Shown here: piece by piece, positions 29,801 through 38,927 of the stretch
Numbering within the stretch: position 1 is the first letter of the stretch
Layout of the letters: every line of letters starts with the position of its first letter
Assembly: GCA_934457145.1 (NCBI GenBank)
Contig: CAKSHP010000001.1
Span: forward strand, 129,903-193,902
DNA from: an uncultured Clostridia bacterium
Lineage (GTDB): Bacteria; Bacillota; Clostridia; UBA1381; UMGS1253
Length of the DNA: 64,000 nucleotides
Direction: 5' to 3'
The notes under the pieces: model-generated
What the model was told of the DNA's origin: nothing
The model's database searches: none
What the model saw: only the letters and a program-made list of their open reading frames with translations
Position numbers and translations under genes: made by a program

Positions 29801-31033
29801 AACAGCGATGAAATAGCATCGCAGTGCACAAGCATAAACGCTTCTGCAAATGTTTCATCAAATATTGAATTTGAATATACTGCAACAGAAGAAGACGAAC
29901 AAAACGGCATTTGTGCGATAAGCATTTATGCAAATTCCGAGACAGACGGCGGTTTTGTGATTGAAAATGTTTCGGTGCAGAGCGAAAACCCTGTTGTTAT
30001 ATCAAAATCGTCAGAGCTTGTTATTGAAACGGCAAAGGAAATTGATGTTCCGGACGAGAGAGCGCAGGCACAAATCAGCGTTATGTCAAACAAAAATAGT
30101 GTTGTTGTAAACGGTGAGGATAAAGGCATATCTTACACGGCGGCGCACTACGTTGGCGAAAGGTTAAATCTTTCTCTCGCGGACAGCGAAGGCTTTATGT
30201 ACTGGAAAGACGCGTCAAACGGATTTATACTTTCTTATGATCCAAACTGCAGCTTAAATGTCGGCAGCGACAGAAGCATTATTGCAATATTTGCCGAAGA
30301 CGGCGTTTATGTATCGTTTAAAAATATTAACGGTCAGGTTGTTGCGGAAGGATTGGTAAATGGCGAGCTGCGCGTGCCGCAGAATCCTTATGTTTACGGT
30401 TATGAGTTTGCCGGCTGGTTTGACGGAAAAGAAAAATCGCTCTTAAAAGCCGGAGACATTGTAAGTGCTGATAAAAACACTGTTTACAATGCGGGATACA
30501 GCAAAAAGGCGGACTTGTATAAAGTGGATGTGAACGGAAGCGAGAAGAGTTATAAATATAACGATTTGGTCAGCGTAACGGCAGAGGGCGAAAAAGACGG
30601 AAAAGCGTTTTCTTACTGGGAGCGCAACGGAAAAATCGTTTGCTATGATTTAACGTACAGCTTCTATGTAAGCGCAGACAGCACAGTAAATGCAGTATAC
30701 GGACAAAGCAGCGCGGATAAAAACGTTTTGGTTATGGCAAATCCGTGCGCAGTCGGCGGCGACAAGATAGCGTTTTTCGCAGAGCGCAATATAGCTGATG
30801 AGTACACAGTTATAGAAAGCGGAATACTTTTGGGACAAAAAGAGGGCTTAAATCTTACAAATGCTAAGATAAAGGCAGTTTCTAAAAATGTTTCAAATAA
30901 AGGACAGTTCACGATAAGAAAGAAAAGCGTCGGCGCGGGCGAGAAATGGTATGGAGTATCATACGTTATATACGCAGACGAAAGCGGGAATATAAAGACG
31001 ATTTATTCAAACGAAGTTAATATGACGCTTTAA
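23831..31033 (+). CDS. Giant (2400 aa) secreted multidomain protein: alpha/beta-hydrolase (esterase-like) plus multiple CBM-like and DNRLRE-like beta-sandwich modules plus Listeria-Bacteroides repeats
   Basis: AAGGAGG at 23815-23821. The ORF is uninterrupted for 7203 nt. The signal peptide is MKRILSILLCLCMVFSCMGAVSFA/SGE. A GHSKG nucleophile elbow sits at aa 343-347. Six modules end in YIDN/YIDD/YVDD/YFDD-like motifs. C-terminal repeats include PQNPYVYGYEFAGWFDG. Confidence 0.85.
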   Translation: MKRILSILLCLCMVFSCMGAVSFASGETESLNIISAFADYHVCGEYLSDDGYIGIPVEVNTYIKGETNEKTRIVLYVINTNTERIGTEEDEPIISDLLDEGYVVVVLDYKNNAKSVSPDLDWSIQKIRTDIENGAYLNGASHEKYCTYVLPAGYRLQRSIKYWNFEENGADGCLDYIVEIWNSDFKKAKGNKKITYPDGTVKKVSEVTANSIDDCVKPDGSPIDLNLYLDIVYPSNPKEEVPVMCLASSAETSVDSWSDPKRPHLTGFLFAGYAGVVYDHCYVPMSRNDHYGYFDGTDHDAPFTLYKYTGTKSETAAIRCLRYLADAYPDKYKFKKDKFGGYGHSKGSHVFMLGNTAPEKCEEYRYFSGHHGECAEGVTQPYLTYKDGSKIPSNIQMVYSSNGGGTDYICENFAPLYVSAGEADGTGMSGFVKGHVSAARQYDIPSMYMTMPGVGHTIIYGYSEKYQIDMYNSLFDFAHYYLKDAKPVCEYILPLNGTKDFDTNGEITLKFTGPIARSEIESKVKIINKKTGKAALGTWKSEFKNTTWKFTGHDLTGGCEYEISVPKSVTADNGKTLREAKSFTFKTKYEQGIAAKDISSDNADMTLLKTADTDNGVYLLFDSADYENSTTTDLRFSVINDAANRVSVYALDDIDEENIQNSLQGSLLADIGIAGKGDYSADITEYVKSLKKGEKAGFLLKAKNVKETKTITDLDFETVDSRFNAGAYSTDQNNTPGGSKSYKSTSEFSVRRLIFNPSITEADFGRKFNISMDVYPTANRYFTLRVRNFSSAALNWPDYNDTTVNKRLLEKDTWHTLTTTYQVNDLYYCAPEILKDGISISSSGTGEAYYIDNLKVTEDITEVKIAKEQTNESFAPSIVLHPANKITDTPIDASYVESGERENESFENEESMAVSGREKEYRLSQYKKVYAKVDLSGFDGANKANVSINVKNNNSGDVYVYGIADPAAALYWNNKTLNYLNAPANDRFGFGIDVSKAYASAPIGTISVGGSGNYSIDITEYALNMKAQGAAQGVLVFAFASQPREEKQLSFTDFNDEKVPFTVIKGGDIISHGLSKAENHGDGAGFSYAMNTAYNYDRLKFDLLGVSKLSDADIGRSFSITYYLKSDKTGMFMNSLLHQSGANEHVNKVMQNYTTANEWQKFTYEFSITEDMIAPGQETSTIPAYLNFQLSSMGNRANGGSDKVLAYIDDFTVTEKKVGDIEFEINEGDVNGGLFTKQIAFDDLESWRGPGPGTEVNSNYDMILGGGTVDNLKMQLVGSDVTADHTTGDGKSLWLCMPNSYNRFKFYNFFDHNLTSGDVGRKFKISFWAKGDKAGKIDCGFMSHGSASSYTTKIYEGTYSKKQTYSITTEWQKYTYDAVVEEAMLASYYTGHEKDAYNPALFSIVSSGMSGRNLYVDDIEIEEIDRNFKYDGDFEKADATIGNYAFGQGFENGSERITLSTEDNHSENGSRSIKIINNKSYNRLFFSGVVPVLTTEDVGDTYNVSFYLKSSKAGSFLTTVTNSSAGTSGNSRYDGQFLQRITIAADDVGKWVKYNVKFTVADHMVENSAKHFAMYFDSLGTEGTPATLYFDDFQTRKTVNVYSYSNDIEKASKPSDVITWGGISNAGVNIVLSDENHTAGGAKSIKVYSEQNYNRVFLLNAIKAPTAEDIGKRYKISLWLMSSKAGAFELGLANSGTNFIAYDGQPRTKYTIASGEVNTWKRYSFDVTIDDAMVENNARYLGVYMSSFGQSSSPADIYIDDIISVEYPAGAAVGLGVSDACAVNSTGKSSVLQLDRYDAAAKIRKSYLHFTGGEYENTQKALLNFEVCAAFGQTVKIYALKDAAFPSSLTYKDAPAYAKDETIDLDYAYGAKPIASFAAEPKAYSVDVTDYVKYTAPDEYTFVFVCEQTGGKEYYNLDLSKYSLTKDVDYKAENDVTVSNGGAAVSGGKIKLLNIFGSENEIIKAGETYKVTADIMPVSDAEIVLGFDSENSDEIASQCTSINASANVSSNIEFEYTATEEDEQNGICAISIYANSETDGGFVIENVSVQSENPVVISKSSELVIETAKEIDVPDERAQAQISVMSNKNSVVVNGEDKGISYTAAHYVGERLNLSLADSEGFMYWKDASNGFILSYDPNCSLNVGSDRSIIAIFAEDGVYVSFKNINGQVVAEGLVNGELRVPQNPYVYGYEFAGWFDGKEKSLLKAGDIVSADKNTVYNAGYSKKADLYKVDVNGSEKSYKYNDLVSVTAEGEKDGKAFSYWERNGKIVCYDLTYSFYVSADSTVNAVYGQSSADKNVLVMANPCAVGGDKIAFFAERNIADEYTVIESGILLGQKEGLNLTNAKIKAVSKNVSNKGQFTIRKKSVGAGEKWYGVSYVIYADESGNIKTIYSNEVNMTL

Positions 31034-31065
31034 AGCAAAACAGCTTTAATAAAGCAAATAAAAAA

Positions 31066-31108
31066 GGGGCGCAGCGCAAAATGATTTCATTTTGCGCTGC
31101 GCTCTTTT
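31066..31108. terminator. Bidirectional terminator between the giant ORF and araC-family gene
   Basis: GCGCAGCGCAAAATGA (31069-31084) pairs with TCATTTTGCGCTGCGC (31087-31102), 16 bp perfect. TCTTTT follows. Confidence 0.85.
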
Positions 31109-31134
31109 GCGGTTTTGAAAAGTTTTTTTGTAAA

Positions 31135-31995
31135 TTATTTGGCGTTATTTTTTCGGTATTCGGAAGGGTATATCCCGTAATAATTTTTAAAAGCACGGGA
31201 AAAACATCCGCTGTTTGCAAAATGCAGTTTTTCGGCAATTTCGCCGACGGTGAGCGTTGTGTTTTTTAAAAAATCCTCTGCGGTTTTGAGGCGGACTTTG
31301 GAAAAATATGCGTAAGGCGTCATATTGTATTTTCTTTTAAAGTGTCGGATAATTTGCTGATCGCTTGTGTTGAAGCGGGAGGCTAATCTTTTTAATGTGC
31401 AGTTAAAATGCAGACCGCTGTCGATATAGCTTTTTATTGCCTCCGCCATAGAATAGCCCGGGTCAAACGAAAAATCCGCGCTCTTTCTGGCAAGCGATAT
31501 ATTCATAATAAGTTCATGTATGTATAAAGAAATGCTGTATGTTATACTCGGAAGATCAACGCTGCTGATAAGCTTGTTATGAATTTTTTGCATAAGGCTT
31601 TCGGCATTAAACGATGCGACAACCACATCATCTGAAAGATTATAGATACTAAAAAGACCGTCTACAAGCTCGCCGTGTGCGGAAAAATATAATTTTTCCA
31701 ATTTTTGATTGCCGACCGAGTAATAATTGGCGTCAACGCCCTGTTTTAAAATATAGATATCGCCTGCAAATGCCATATATTTGTGTCCGCCCGTTTCTAT
31801 GCACATGGTGCCGGATTTTATATATTCAAAGTTATTGTAGCGCAGATTTGAATAAAAACCGGACTGATAGTCCCTGGTGGGATATGTTATGCCGGCATAT
31901 TCTATGTTTATAAGCTTGTTTTTGTCGGCACGGTTTTCATATATGGTTATTTGGCTCGGCCGTTTGCGTTCGGATTTTGGTTTTGATAAATCCAT
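31135..31995 (-). CDS. AraC-family transcriptional regulator (cupin sensor plus HTH)
   Basis: The C-terminal double HTH (LASRFNTSDQQIIRHFKRKYNMTPYAYFSKVRLKTAEDFLKNTTLTVGEIAEKLHFANSGCFSRAFKNYYGIYPSEYR) is typical of AraC/XylS. Confidence 0.9.
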   Translation of the reverse strand: MDLSKPKSERKRPSQITIYENRADKNKLINIEYAGITYPTRDYQSGFYSNLRYNNFEYIKSGTMCIETGGHKYMAFAGDIYILKQGVDANYYSVGNQKLEKLYFSAHGELVDGLFSIYNLSDDVVVASFNAESLMQKIHNKLISSVDLPSITYSISLYIHELIMNISLARKSADFSFDPGYSMAEAIKSYIDSGLHFNCTLKRLASRFNTSDQQIIRHFKRKYNMTPYAYFSKVRLKTAEDFLKNTTLTVGEIAEKLHFANSGCFSRAFKNYYGIYPSEYRKNNAK

Positions 31996-32023
31996 GCTTT
32001 TTCTCCTTTTTATCTGCTTGTTT

Positions 32024-32701
32024 TTAAATGGTGTTTTTAATTTTGCAGCTGTATTCCACTGCGTCTAATATGTTATCTTCGCTTACGGTGTCGGGAATTT
32101 CGACGGTGATGCGGTAGCTTCTTGTGTTGTCGGGCTGTTTTTCGGCTGCCGTGTCGATAACGTTTATGCCCATGCCCTCTAAGCGCTGTGTTATAATTTT
32201 TTGATAATTTTCTTTATCGGTGTTTTCTATAAATATTGTTTTGATTGCCGGGGTTTTAAGCCATTTAAAGTTTTTGTGGAAAAGGATTTGAGTTATTACG
32301 ATTATAATTGCTATAATAAACGAAAGCACATACATTCCCGCACCCATGGAAAGTCCTATTCCCGAGGTTGCCCAAATGCCGGCGGCGGTCGTGAGTCCGG
32401 TGACCGAGTTTTTATGGACAAATATCATTCCGGCACCCAGAAATCCAATTCCGCTCACAACCTGGGCGGCTATGCGTGCGCCGTCGGCTCCGCGCATACC
32501 GAATGTGCCGGCAACGGTGTCTGAAAAACCGTATTTTGAAACTATCATCATCAGAGCCGCGCCCATCGCCACTATGCAGTGGGTTCTGACTCCGGCGTTT
32601 TTTGATCTGTTTGACCGCTCGACGCCTATTACTGCGCCGCATATTCCCGCCGCAACCACGCGCAGCGCATAAAGGAGCTGAAATAACTGAAAATTATCCA
32701 T
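32024..32701 (-). CDS. mgtC: MgtC/SapB-family membrane protein
   Basis: AGGAGG sits 9 nt upstream of the ATG at 32701 (MDNFQL...). Matching motifs are GAVIGVERSNRSKNAGVRTH and GIGFLGAGMI. An ACT-like C-terminal domain is present. Confidence 0.88.
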   Translation of the reverse strand: MDNFQLFQLLYALRVVAAGICGAVIGVERSNRSKNAGVRTHCIVAMGAALMMIVSKYGFSDTVAGTFGMRGADGARIAAQVVSGIGFLGAGMIFVHKNSVTGLTTAAGIWATSGIGLSMGAGMYVLSFIIAIIIVITQILFHKNFKWLKTPAIKTIFIENTDKENYQKIITQRLEGMGINVIDTAAEKQPDNTRSYRITVEIPDTVSEDNILDAVEYSCKIKNTI

Positions 32702-32730
32702 AAACAAAACCTCCTAAAAAAAATCAGATT

Positions 32731-32775
32731 ACCAAAAAACCAAAGCATCCGCCCGAAAAATCACGGGCGAACGCT
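32731..32775 (-). terminator. Terminator after fadD-like gene
   Basis: On the minus strand, GCGTTCGCCCG and CGGGCGGATGC form a hairpin (plus coordinates 32745-32774, two mismatches). TTTGGTTTTTT follows. Confidence 0.55.
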
Positions 32776-32784
32776 TTTTTGTCT

Positions 32785-34458
32785 TTAGCTTATATATTTT
32801 GCTCGCTTTATTTTATTTGAAGTTGTTTTTTCAAATTCCGTATCTCTTATTATTATTTCGCTTATCTGTTTATACATCGGCAGGGGCGCTAAAATGGAAT
32901 TTACCTTTTCTTTAAGCTCTTTTGGGCTGAGCGGTGTTTCGGGATCAAGGTATATTTGCGCAAAAAGGCGTCTTTCGTCGCCGCTTTTATCTTTTGGCGC
33001 ATACACGATAACTTCTTTAACCTCATCGATACGGCTTATATATTCTTCGATTTCTTCGGGGAACACGTTTTTGCCGTTGCTTAAAACGATAAGGTTTTTC
33101 TTTCTTCCGGTTATATATATCTGACCTTCGGAGTTGATTTTTCCGTAGTCGCCGGTGTAGAACCAGCCGTCTTTTAAAACTTCTTCTGTCAGATCTTCGG
33201 CTTTGTAGTAGCCCATCATAACGGTGTCGCCTTTAACTTTGATTTCGCCGATACCTTCGCTGCCTGGCTCATCGATTTTAACATCTATACAGGGAAGCGC
33301 AACGCCGACAGTTGCGGGATCGTTGTAATAATCGCGGTTACAGCTTACCAACGGAGAGCACTCCGTTATGCCGTAGCCTGATATGAGGTTTATGCCGATA
33401 TCGTCGAAAAACTTTCCTATTTCGGGACGGATAGGCGCTCCGCCGCACACGATTTTTCTCATGTTTCCGCCGAAAACATCATGGATTTGTTTAAACAGCT
33501 TTTTGCGTTTGTCGATACCGATGCTTCTTAGCATGCGGCTTAGTTTAACCAAAAGATTAAATCCCTTTTCCTTGCCGCCGGCTTTTATGTTTTTTTGAAT
33601 TTTGCTAAAGAACAGCTCGACAAATGCCGGAACAAGCATAATATAGGAAGGCTTATAGTGCTGCAGATTTTTTAAAACCTGTTTTAGGTTTTTGTTTATG
33701 CAGATTGTTGAGCCGTGGTGCAGGCTTACTAAAATTCCGCACACGGACTCATATGCGTGGTGATAAGGCAGAACCGAAAGGCAAACGTCGAAAACGGTTG
33801 AAACCTCAAGCCCGTGATAAACGCATGATACAAGGTTTTTTTCGGAAAGCATAACGCCCTTTGACATTCCGGTTGTGCCGGAGGTGTATAAAATTGCTTT
33901 TAAATCGCGAATATCGTTCGGCGTCTGGTTTAAAAAGCTTTTATCACCGTTTTGATAAAGGCTTTTGCCTTTTTGCATAAATGAGGAAAAGCTTATTATA
34001 CCGTCCGGGACATCATCTGCAAAGCTTACGAATAAAACGTCTTTATTTAAATTTTGTTTGTTTGAAAGAAAAACGGATTCGTATTTCTTATCGCAAAAAA
34101 CAAGGTCTGTGTCGCTGTGATTGATAACGTTTATTATATCGCTTTCGGGAAGGTCTTTATCAATCGGAACAAAAACATTGTTTGACGAAAGCACGCAAAG
34201 ATAAACGACAAGCCAGTTATAGCTGTTTGGCCCGATGCAGGCAACGTGCTTTTTTTCAATACCAATATCGCAGAGCGCAGCGCCTAAAAAGAGGGTGTCT
34301 TGGTAAAACTCGCCGTAGGTCTTTTGAATGTCTTGTTTGTTTTCCTGAAATTTAAAGGCAATTTTGTCTTTGTCCTTTTCGGCTCTGTTTTTGAGCATTT
34401 GTCTTAGGGTTGAAATCGGCTCAACCTTGTAGAGAGGATAATTTTTTTGTTTTTTCAT
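32785..34458 (-). CDS. Long-chain fatty acid--CoA ligase (AMP-forming)
   Basis: The AMP-binding core motifs YTSGTTGMSKGV and GYGITE are present, along with the GDYG and GRKKNL motifs. Confidence 0.85.
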   Translation of the reverse strand: MKKQKNYPLYKVEPISTLRQMLKNRAEKDKDKIAFKFQENKQDIQKTYGEFYQDTLFLGAALCDIGIEKKHVACIGPNSYNWLVVYLCVLSSNNVFVPIDKDLPESDIINVINHSDTDLVFCDKKYESVFLSNKQNLNKDVLFVSFADDVPDGIISFSSFMQKGKSLYQNGDKSFLNQTPNDIRDLKAILYTSGTTGMSKGVMLSEKNLVSCVYHGLEVSTVFDVCLSVLPYHHAYESVCGILVSLHHGSTICINKNLKQVLKNLQHYKPSYIMLVPAFVELFFSKIQKNIKAGGKEKGFNLLVKLSRMLRSIGIDKRKKLFKQIHDVFGGNMRKIVCGGAPIRPEIGKFFDDIGINLISGYGITECSPLVSCNRDYYNDPATVGVALPCIDVKIDEPGSEGIGEIKVKGDTVMMGYYKAEDLTEEVLKDGWFYTGDYGKINSEGQIYITGRKKNLIVLSNGKNVFPEEIEEYISRIDEVKEVIVYAPKDKSGDERRLFAQIYLDPETPLSPKELKEKVNSILAPLPMYKQISEIIIRDTEFEKTTSNKIKRAKYIS

Positions 34459-34562
34459 GAATTTCGCCGCCTCGCTTTGATTTTTTAAAGAAAAGTGTGC
34501 GCCGGTTTTTGGGTTACAAGATAAAAAACACTTTCCTATTAAAATACGTAATTTTTAAAACT

Positions 34563-34591
34563 ACTATACCACTGTTTGACATTTTTGTCAA
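34563..34591 (-). promoter_or_regulatory. Sigma-A type promoter for fadD-like gene
   Basis: On the minus strand: TTGACA (34591-34586), 17-nt spacer, TATAGT (34568-34563). The -35 lies inside the inverted repeat CTGTTTGACA-5-TGTCAACAG. Confidence 0.5.
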
Positions 34592-34661
34592 CAGATATTA
34601 GGTGTTTATTGCTAAAGAAAAATAAAGATTAAAAAAAGCCAAAAGTTTTTTTGCAAAACTC

Positions 34662-34690
34662 TTGACAGAAAAAGCAAACTATGTTATTAT
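34662..34690 (+). promoter_or_regulatory. Sigma-A type promoter for rpoB-rpoC
   Basis: TTGACA (34662-34667), 17-nt spacer, TATTAT (34685-34690). This implies a ~330-nt leader. Confidence 0.5.
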
Positions 34691-35028
34691 TATATATTGT
34701 ATTATAGTCTAAAATGCGTAAAAATGTCTTTTTTGATAATTTGTTGTTGTGGTTATTATATCACACAATATATTGTTTTTCAAGAGAAATTTTTAAAAAT
34801 TTTCAGACTGTCGGCACAGCCCGTAAAAGGGCGGTGTGCCGAAAATAATTTTAAAAAATGTGAAAGTTTATATAATACTGCAATCTGCTTTTCAGCAGGG
34901 AGCATTTTGCAGGGCAATTGAAATGCAATAAAGCTGAGCTCAGGACTCCTTTCACGCCTGACAGACTAGCGTACGCATCTTTAATGGCCACCAAAATCTG
35001 CGAATATTTAGATGAGGTGATAAAATTG

Positions 35029-38000
35029 ATGCCACATGAGATTACTCTTGGCAAGAACAAGCGTATGAGTTTTGCCAAAATCAAAGAACCTCTGGAAATG
35101 CCCAATCTTATCGAAATTCAGAAAAAATCATACGAATGGTTTATAAAAGAGGGCTTAAAAGAGGTATTTGAAGATGTTTCTCCTATTTGCGACTACACCG
35201 GTAATCTGGTTTTGGAGTTTTTTGACTACAAACTCGATTCAACGCCGAAGTATTCGGTTGAAGAATGCAAAGAAAGAGACACAAACTATTCGGCACCTTT
35301 AAGAGTTATGGTTCGTCTTATAAACAAAGAGACGGGTGAGGTTAAAGAACAAGACATTTTTATAGGCGAATTTCCGCTTATGACAGATCAGGGAACGTTT
35401 ATTATAAACGGTGCTGAGCGTGTTGTTGTAAGCCAGTTGGTTCGTTCGCCTGGAATGTATTATGATATGGTGCACGATAAGTCAGGTAAGGAGCTTTTCA
35501 GCTCAACCGTTATCCCTTACCGCGGCGCATGGCTTGAATATGATATTGATGTAAACGATGTTTTCTCAATTCGTATCGACAGAACGAGAAAGCTTCCGGT
35601 TACGATGTTTCTGCGCGCAATGGGATGCGAGACAAATGCTCAGATATATGAGGTGTTCGGTGAGGACGAAAGAATAGACGCAACGCTTGAAAAAGACAAC
35701 ACCGATAAAGACGCTGCGCTTATTGAAATTTATAAAAAGCTTCGTCCCGGCGAGCCGGCAAGCGCGGAAAGCGCAACAAACCTTATAACAAATATGTTTT
35801 TTGATCCCAAAAGATACGACCTTTCAAAGGTTGGCCGTTTTAAGTTTAATCAGAAGATGGCTATGGGATACAGAGTTAAAAACCAAAAGGCTGCCGAAGA
35901 CATTATAGACACGGCTACCGGCGAGATAATCTGCCCGGCGGGCGAATTTATTTCTTCTCAGATGGCAGAAGCTATTGAAGATGCGGGAATTAATGAGATT
36001 TATGTTTGGGTTGAAGACAAGAAAAGAAAAATCTTTTCAAACAACATGGTTAAGCTTGAAAAGTTTGTTACATTAAATGATGATGACAATAAAGCTTATT
36101 TGAAATCTCTCGGTTTCCACACAACGGTTCGCAAAAGCGTTTTGTTTGAGATTTTGCAGGGTCTGGAAGAAGAAGGCAAAGCAGACGACCGAGAAGCGAC
36201 AGAAAAAGCGCTTTTGGAAAGACGCGACGACCTTTTACCCAAACATATTATTGTTGACGATATGTTTGCATCGATAAACTACTTTAACAACCTTTGCTAC
36301 GGTATCGGTACGTTAGATGATATTGACCACTTGGGCAACAGAAGACTCCGCTGTGTAGGCGAGCTTTTGCAAAACCAGTTCAGAATAGGTCTTTCGCGTA
36401 TGGAAAGAGTTGTCCGCGAGAGAATGAATATACAGGATTTAGACGTTGTTACACCGCAAAACCTTATAAACACGCGTCCGGTTGCTTCAACGATTAAAGA
36501 ATTTTTCGGTTCGTCGCAGCTGTCGCAGTTTATGGATCAGACAAATCCTTTGGCAGAGCTTACTCATAAAAGAAGACTTTCGGCACTCGGTCCGGGCGGT
36601 CTTTCAAGAGAGCGTGCGGGATTTGAGGTTCGTGACGTTCACTACACGCACTACGGACGTATGTGCCCGATTGAGTCGCCTGAAGGTCCTAACATAGGTC
36701 TTATCAGCTCGCTTTCGTCATTTGCAAGAATTAACGAATACGGTTTTATAGAATCGCCGTACAGACGCGTTGACAAAGAAACGGGCATTGTTACCGATGA
36801 AGTTATTTATATGACTGCCGATAAAGAGGACGGCTTTACAATCGCTCAGGCAAACGAGCCTATAGGCGAGGACGGAAAGTTTGTAAATAAAAAGATTACG
36901 GCGCGTTATCTGCGCGATTTCGTTGAGGTTGCTCCTCAGGAAATAGATTATATGGACGTTTCGCCCAGACAGCTTGTTTCCATTGCAACATCGATGATAC
37001 CCTTTTTGGAAAACGACGATGCTAACCGTGCGCTCATGGGTTCAAACATGCAGCGTCAGGCAGTGCCGCTTTTAAAGACGGAATCTCCTATTGTCGGCAC
37101 AGGTATGGAATATAAAGCTGCAAAGGATTCGGGCGTTGTTGTGCTTGCAAAGCGTGACGGCGTTGTTGAAAAAGTCAGTGCAAATGAAATAATAATTGCC
37201 GGCGATGACGGCGAATATGACAGACATAAGCTTTTGAAGTTCCTTCGTTCAAACCAGGGCACTTCAATTAACCAAAGACCTATCGTGTCCGAGGGCGAAA
37301 GAGTTAAAAAAGGCGATATAATCGCCGACGGTCCTTCAACGTCAAACGGCGAAATTTCGCTTGGTAAGAATGCGCTTATAGGATTTATGACCTGGGAAGG
37401 TTATAACTACGAGGACGCCGTTTTGTTAAACGAACGCCTTGTAAGAGATGATGTTTACACATCTATTCACATAGAAGAATATGAAGCAGACGCAAGAGAT
37501 ACAAAACTCGGACCGGAAGAAATCACAAGAGAGATACCCAATGTCGGCGATGATGCACTTCGCGATTTAGACGAGAGAGGTATCATAAGAATAGGCGCCG
37601 AGGTTCATGCAGGCGACATACTTGTCGGCAAGGTTACGCCTAAGGGCGAAACGGAGCTTACCGCAGAGGAAAGACTCTTAAGAGCAATTTTCGGCGAGAA
37701 GGCGCGCGAGGTAAGAGATACATCGCTTCGTGTTCCGCACGGTGAGGCAGGTATTATAGTTGACGTTAAAGTGTTTACAAGAGAAAACGGCGACGAGCTT
37801 CCTCCGGGAGTAAACGAGCTTGTGCGCTGCTATATCGCACAGAGAAGAAAAATTTCTGTCGGCGATAAAATGGCAGGACGTCACGGTAACAAGGGTGTTA
37901 TTTCAAGAATTCTCCCTGAAGAGGATATGCCGTTTTTGCCGGACGGTACACCGCTTGACATCGTGTTAAATCCGCTCGGCGTGCCGTCGCGTATGAATAT

Positions 38001-38874
38001 AGGTCAGGTGCTTGAAGTGCATTTGGGATATGCGGCAAAGGCGCTCGGCTGGAAGATTGCAACGCCTGTTTTTGACGGTGCAAACGAAGAAGATATTGCA
38101 GCGCTTCTGGAAAAAGCAGGCTACGATGCAGACGGTAAAACGGTGTTGTATGACGGACGCACGGGCGAACCGTTTGACAACCGCGTAACGGTAGGATATA
38201 TGTATTATTTGAAGCTGCATCATTTGGTTGACGATAAAATCCATGCCCGTTCAACAGGCCCGTACTCGCTTGTTACGCAGCAGCCTTTGGGCGGTAAGGC
38301 GCAGTTTGGCGGCCAGCGTTTCGGTGAAATGGAAGTTTGGGCGCTTGAAGCATACGGCGCTGCATACACATTGCAGGAAATATTAACGGTTAAATCGGAT
38401 GATGTTGTCGGACGTGTTAAAACATACGAAGCAATTGTTAAAGGCGAAAATGTTCCCGAACCGGGCGTTCCGGAATCGTTTAAGGTATTGATTAAAGAGC
38501 TTCAGAGCTTGGCGCTCGATATTAAAGTGCTTGACAAAAACGGTGATGAAGTTGAGCTTGGCGAGTATTCTGATGATGACGATGCAGTTACACCGCTCGC
38601 AGTTAATATTGAGGGAAATGAAGACAGCGCTACTCCGAATGAGGCGTCGTCTACTGTGTACAGCGCAGAGAGCAAAGACGTTAACGCCGATTCTAAGTTT
38701 GTTTTGGATGAAACAGACGACGCTCTTCTTAATGATCTCGGCTTTGATGATGAAGATGAGGATTTTGAGGATGAAGATTTTGATGACGATGTTATCGAAG
38801 AGCTTCCCGATGATTTTGAAGAAGACATTATAGAAGACTTGGACGCAGACGATGACGACGATGATTTAGTCTGA
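35029..38874 (+). CDS. rpoB: DNA-directed RNA polymerase subunit beta
   Basis: GAGGTG is followed by the ATG at 35029 ([38 protein letters not shown]). The track start at TTG 34918 adds a non-conserved extension. Conserved blocks include GNRRLR, the region equivalent to the Rif cluster ([17 protein letters not shown]) and NMQRQAVPL. The protein ends in a 104-aa acidic tail. Confidence 0.98.
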   Translation: MPHEITLGKNKRMSFAKIKEPLEMPNLIEIQKKSYEWFIKEGLKEVFEDVSPICDYTGNLVLEFFDYKLDSTPKYSVEECKERDTNYSAPLRVMVRLINKETGEVKEQDIFIGEFPLMTDQGTFIINGAERVVVSQLVRSPGMYYDMVHDKSGKELFSSTVIPYRGAWLEYDIDVNDVFSIRIDRTRKLPVTMFLRAMGCETNAQIYEVFGEDERIDATLEKDNTDKDAALIEIYKKLRPGEPASAESATNLITNMFFDPKRYDLSKVGRFKFNQKMAMGYRVKNQKAAEDIIDTATGEIICPAGEFISSQMAEAIEDAGINEIYVWVEDKKRKIFSNNMVKLEKFVTLNDDDNKAYLKSLGFHTTVRKSVLFEILQGLEEEGKADDREATEKALLERRDDLLPKHIIVDDMFASINYFNNLCYGIGTLDDIDHLGNRRLRCVGELLQNQFRIGLSRMERVVRERMNIQDLDVVTPQNLINTRPVASTIKEFFGSSQLSQFMDQTNPLAELTHKRRLSALGPGGLSRERAGFEVRDVHYTHYGRMCPIESPEGPNIGLISSLSSFARINEYGFIESPYRRVDKETGIVTDEVIYMTADKEDGFTIAQANEPIGEDGKFVNKKITARYLRDFVEVAPQEIDYMDVSPRQLVSIATSMIPFLENDDANRALMGSNMQRQAVPLLKTESPIVGTGMEYKAAKDSGVVVLAKRDGVVEKVSANEIIIAGDDGEYDRHKLLKFLRSNQGTSINQRPIVSEGERVKKGDIIADGPSTSNGEISLGKNALIGFMTWEGYNYEDAVLLNERLVRDDVYTSIHIEEYEADARDTKLGPEEITREIPNVGDDALRDLDERGIIRIGAEVHAGDILVGKVTPKGETELTAEERLLRAIFGEKAREVRDTSLRVPHGEAGIIVDVKVFTRENGDELPPGVNELVRCYIAQRRKISVGDKMAGRHGNKGVISRILPEEDMPFLPDGTPLDIVLNPLGVPSRMNIGQVLEVHLGYAAKALGWKIATPVFDGANEEDIAALLEKAGYDADGKTVLYDGRTGEPFDNRVTVGYMYYLKLHHLVDDKIHARSTGPYSLVTQQPLGGKAQFGGQRFGEMEVWALEAYGAAYTLQEILTVKSDDVVGRVKTYEAIVKGENVPEPGVPESFKVLIKELQSLALDIKVLDKNGDEVELGEYSDDDDAVTPLAVNIEGNEDSATPNEASSTVYSAESKDVNADSKFVLDETDDALLNDLGFDDEDEDFEDEDFDDDVIEELPDDFEEDIIEDLDADDDDDDLV

Positions 38875-38927
38875 TGCAAATGCGATAAAAGCGCAGATTA
38901 TCAAACTTTAAAGAGGAGGTTTTCGTT

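Noticed and set aside
23831-31033. Search for dockerin, LPXTG, SLH or a C-terminal TM anchor in the giant protein, and for nucleotide-level internal repeats.
   Set aside because: None were seen. The modules are related only at the protein level, so this is not a recently amplified repeat protein.
34697-35028. 74-aa ORF in the rpoB leader, and the TTG-initiated 37-aa upstream extension of rpoB (34918).
   Set aside because: No RBS is present. The conserved RpoB N-terminus starts at [10 protein letters not shown] (35029), which has GAGGTG upstream.
38502-38879. 125-aa Ser-rich antisense ORF, and the 100-aa sense-shifted ORF at 38531..38833.
   Set aside because: They mirror the GAT/GAA-rich acidic tail of rpoB. 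They are low-complexity with no RBS.
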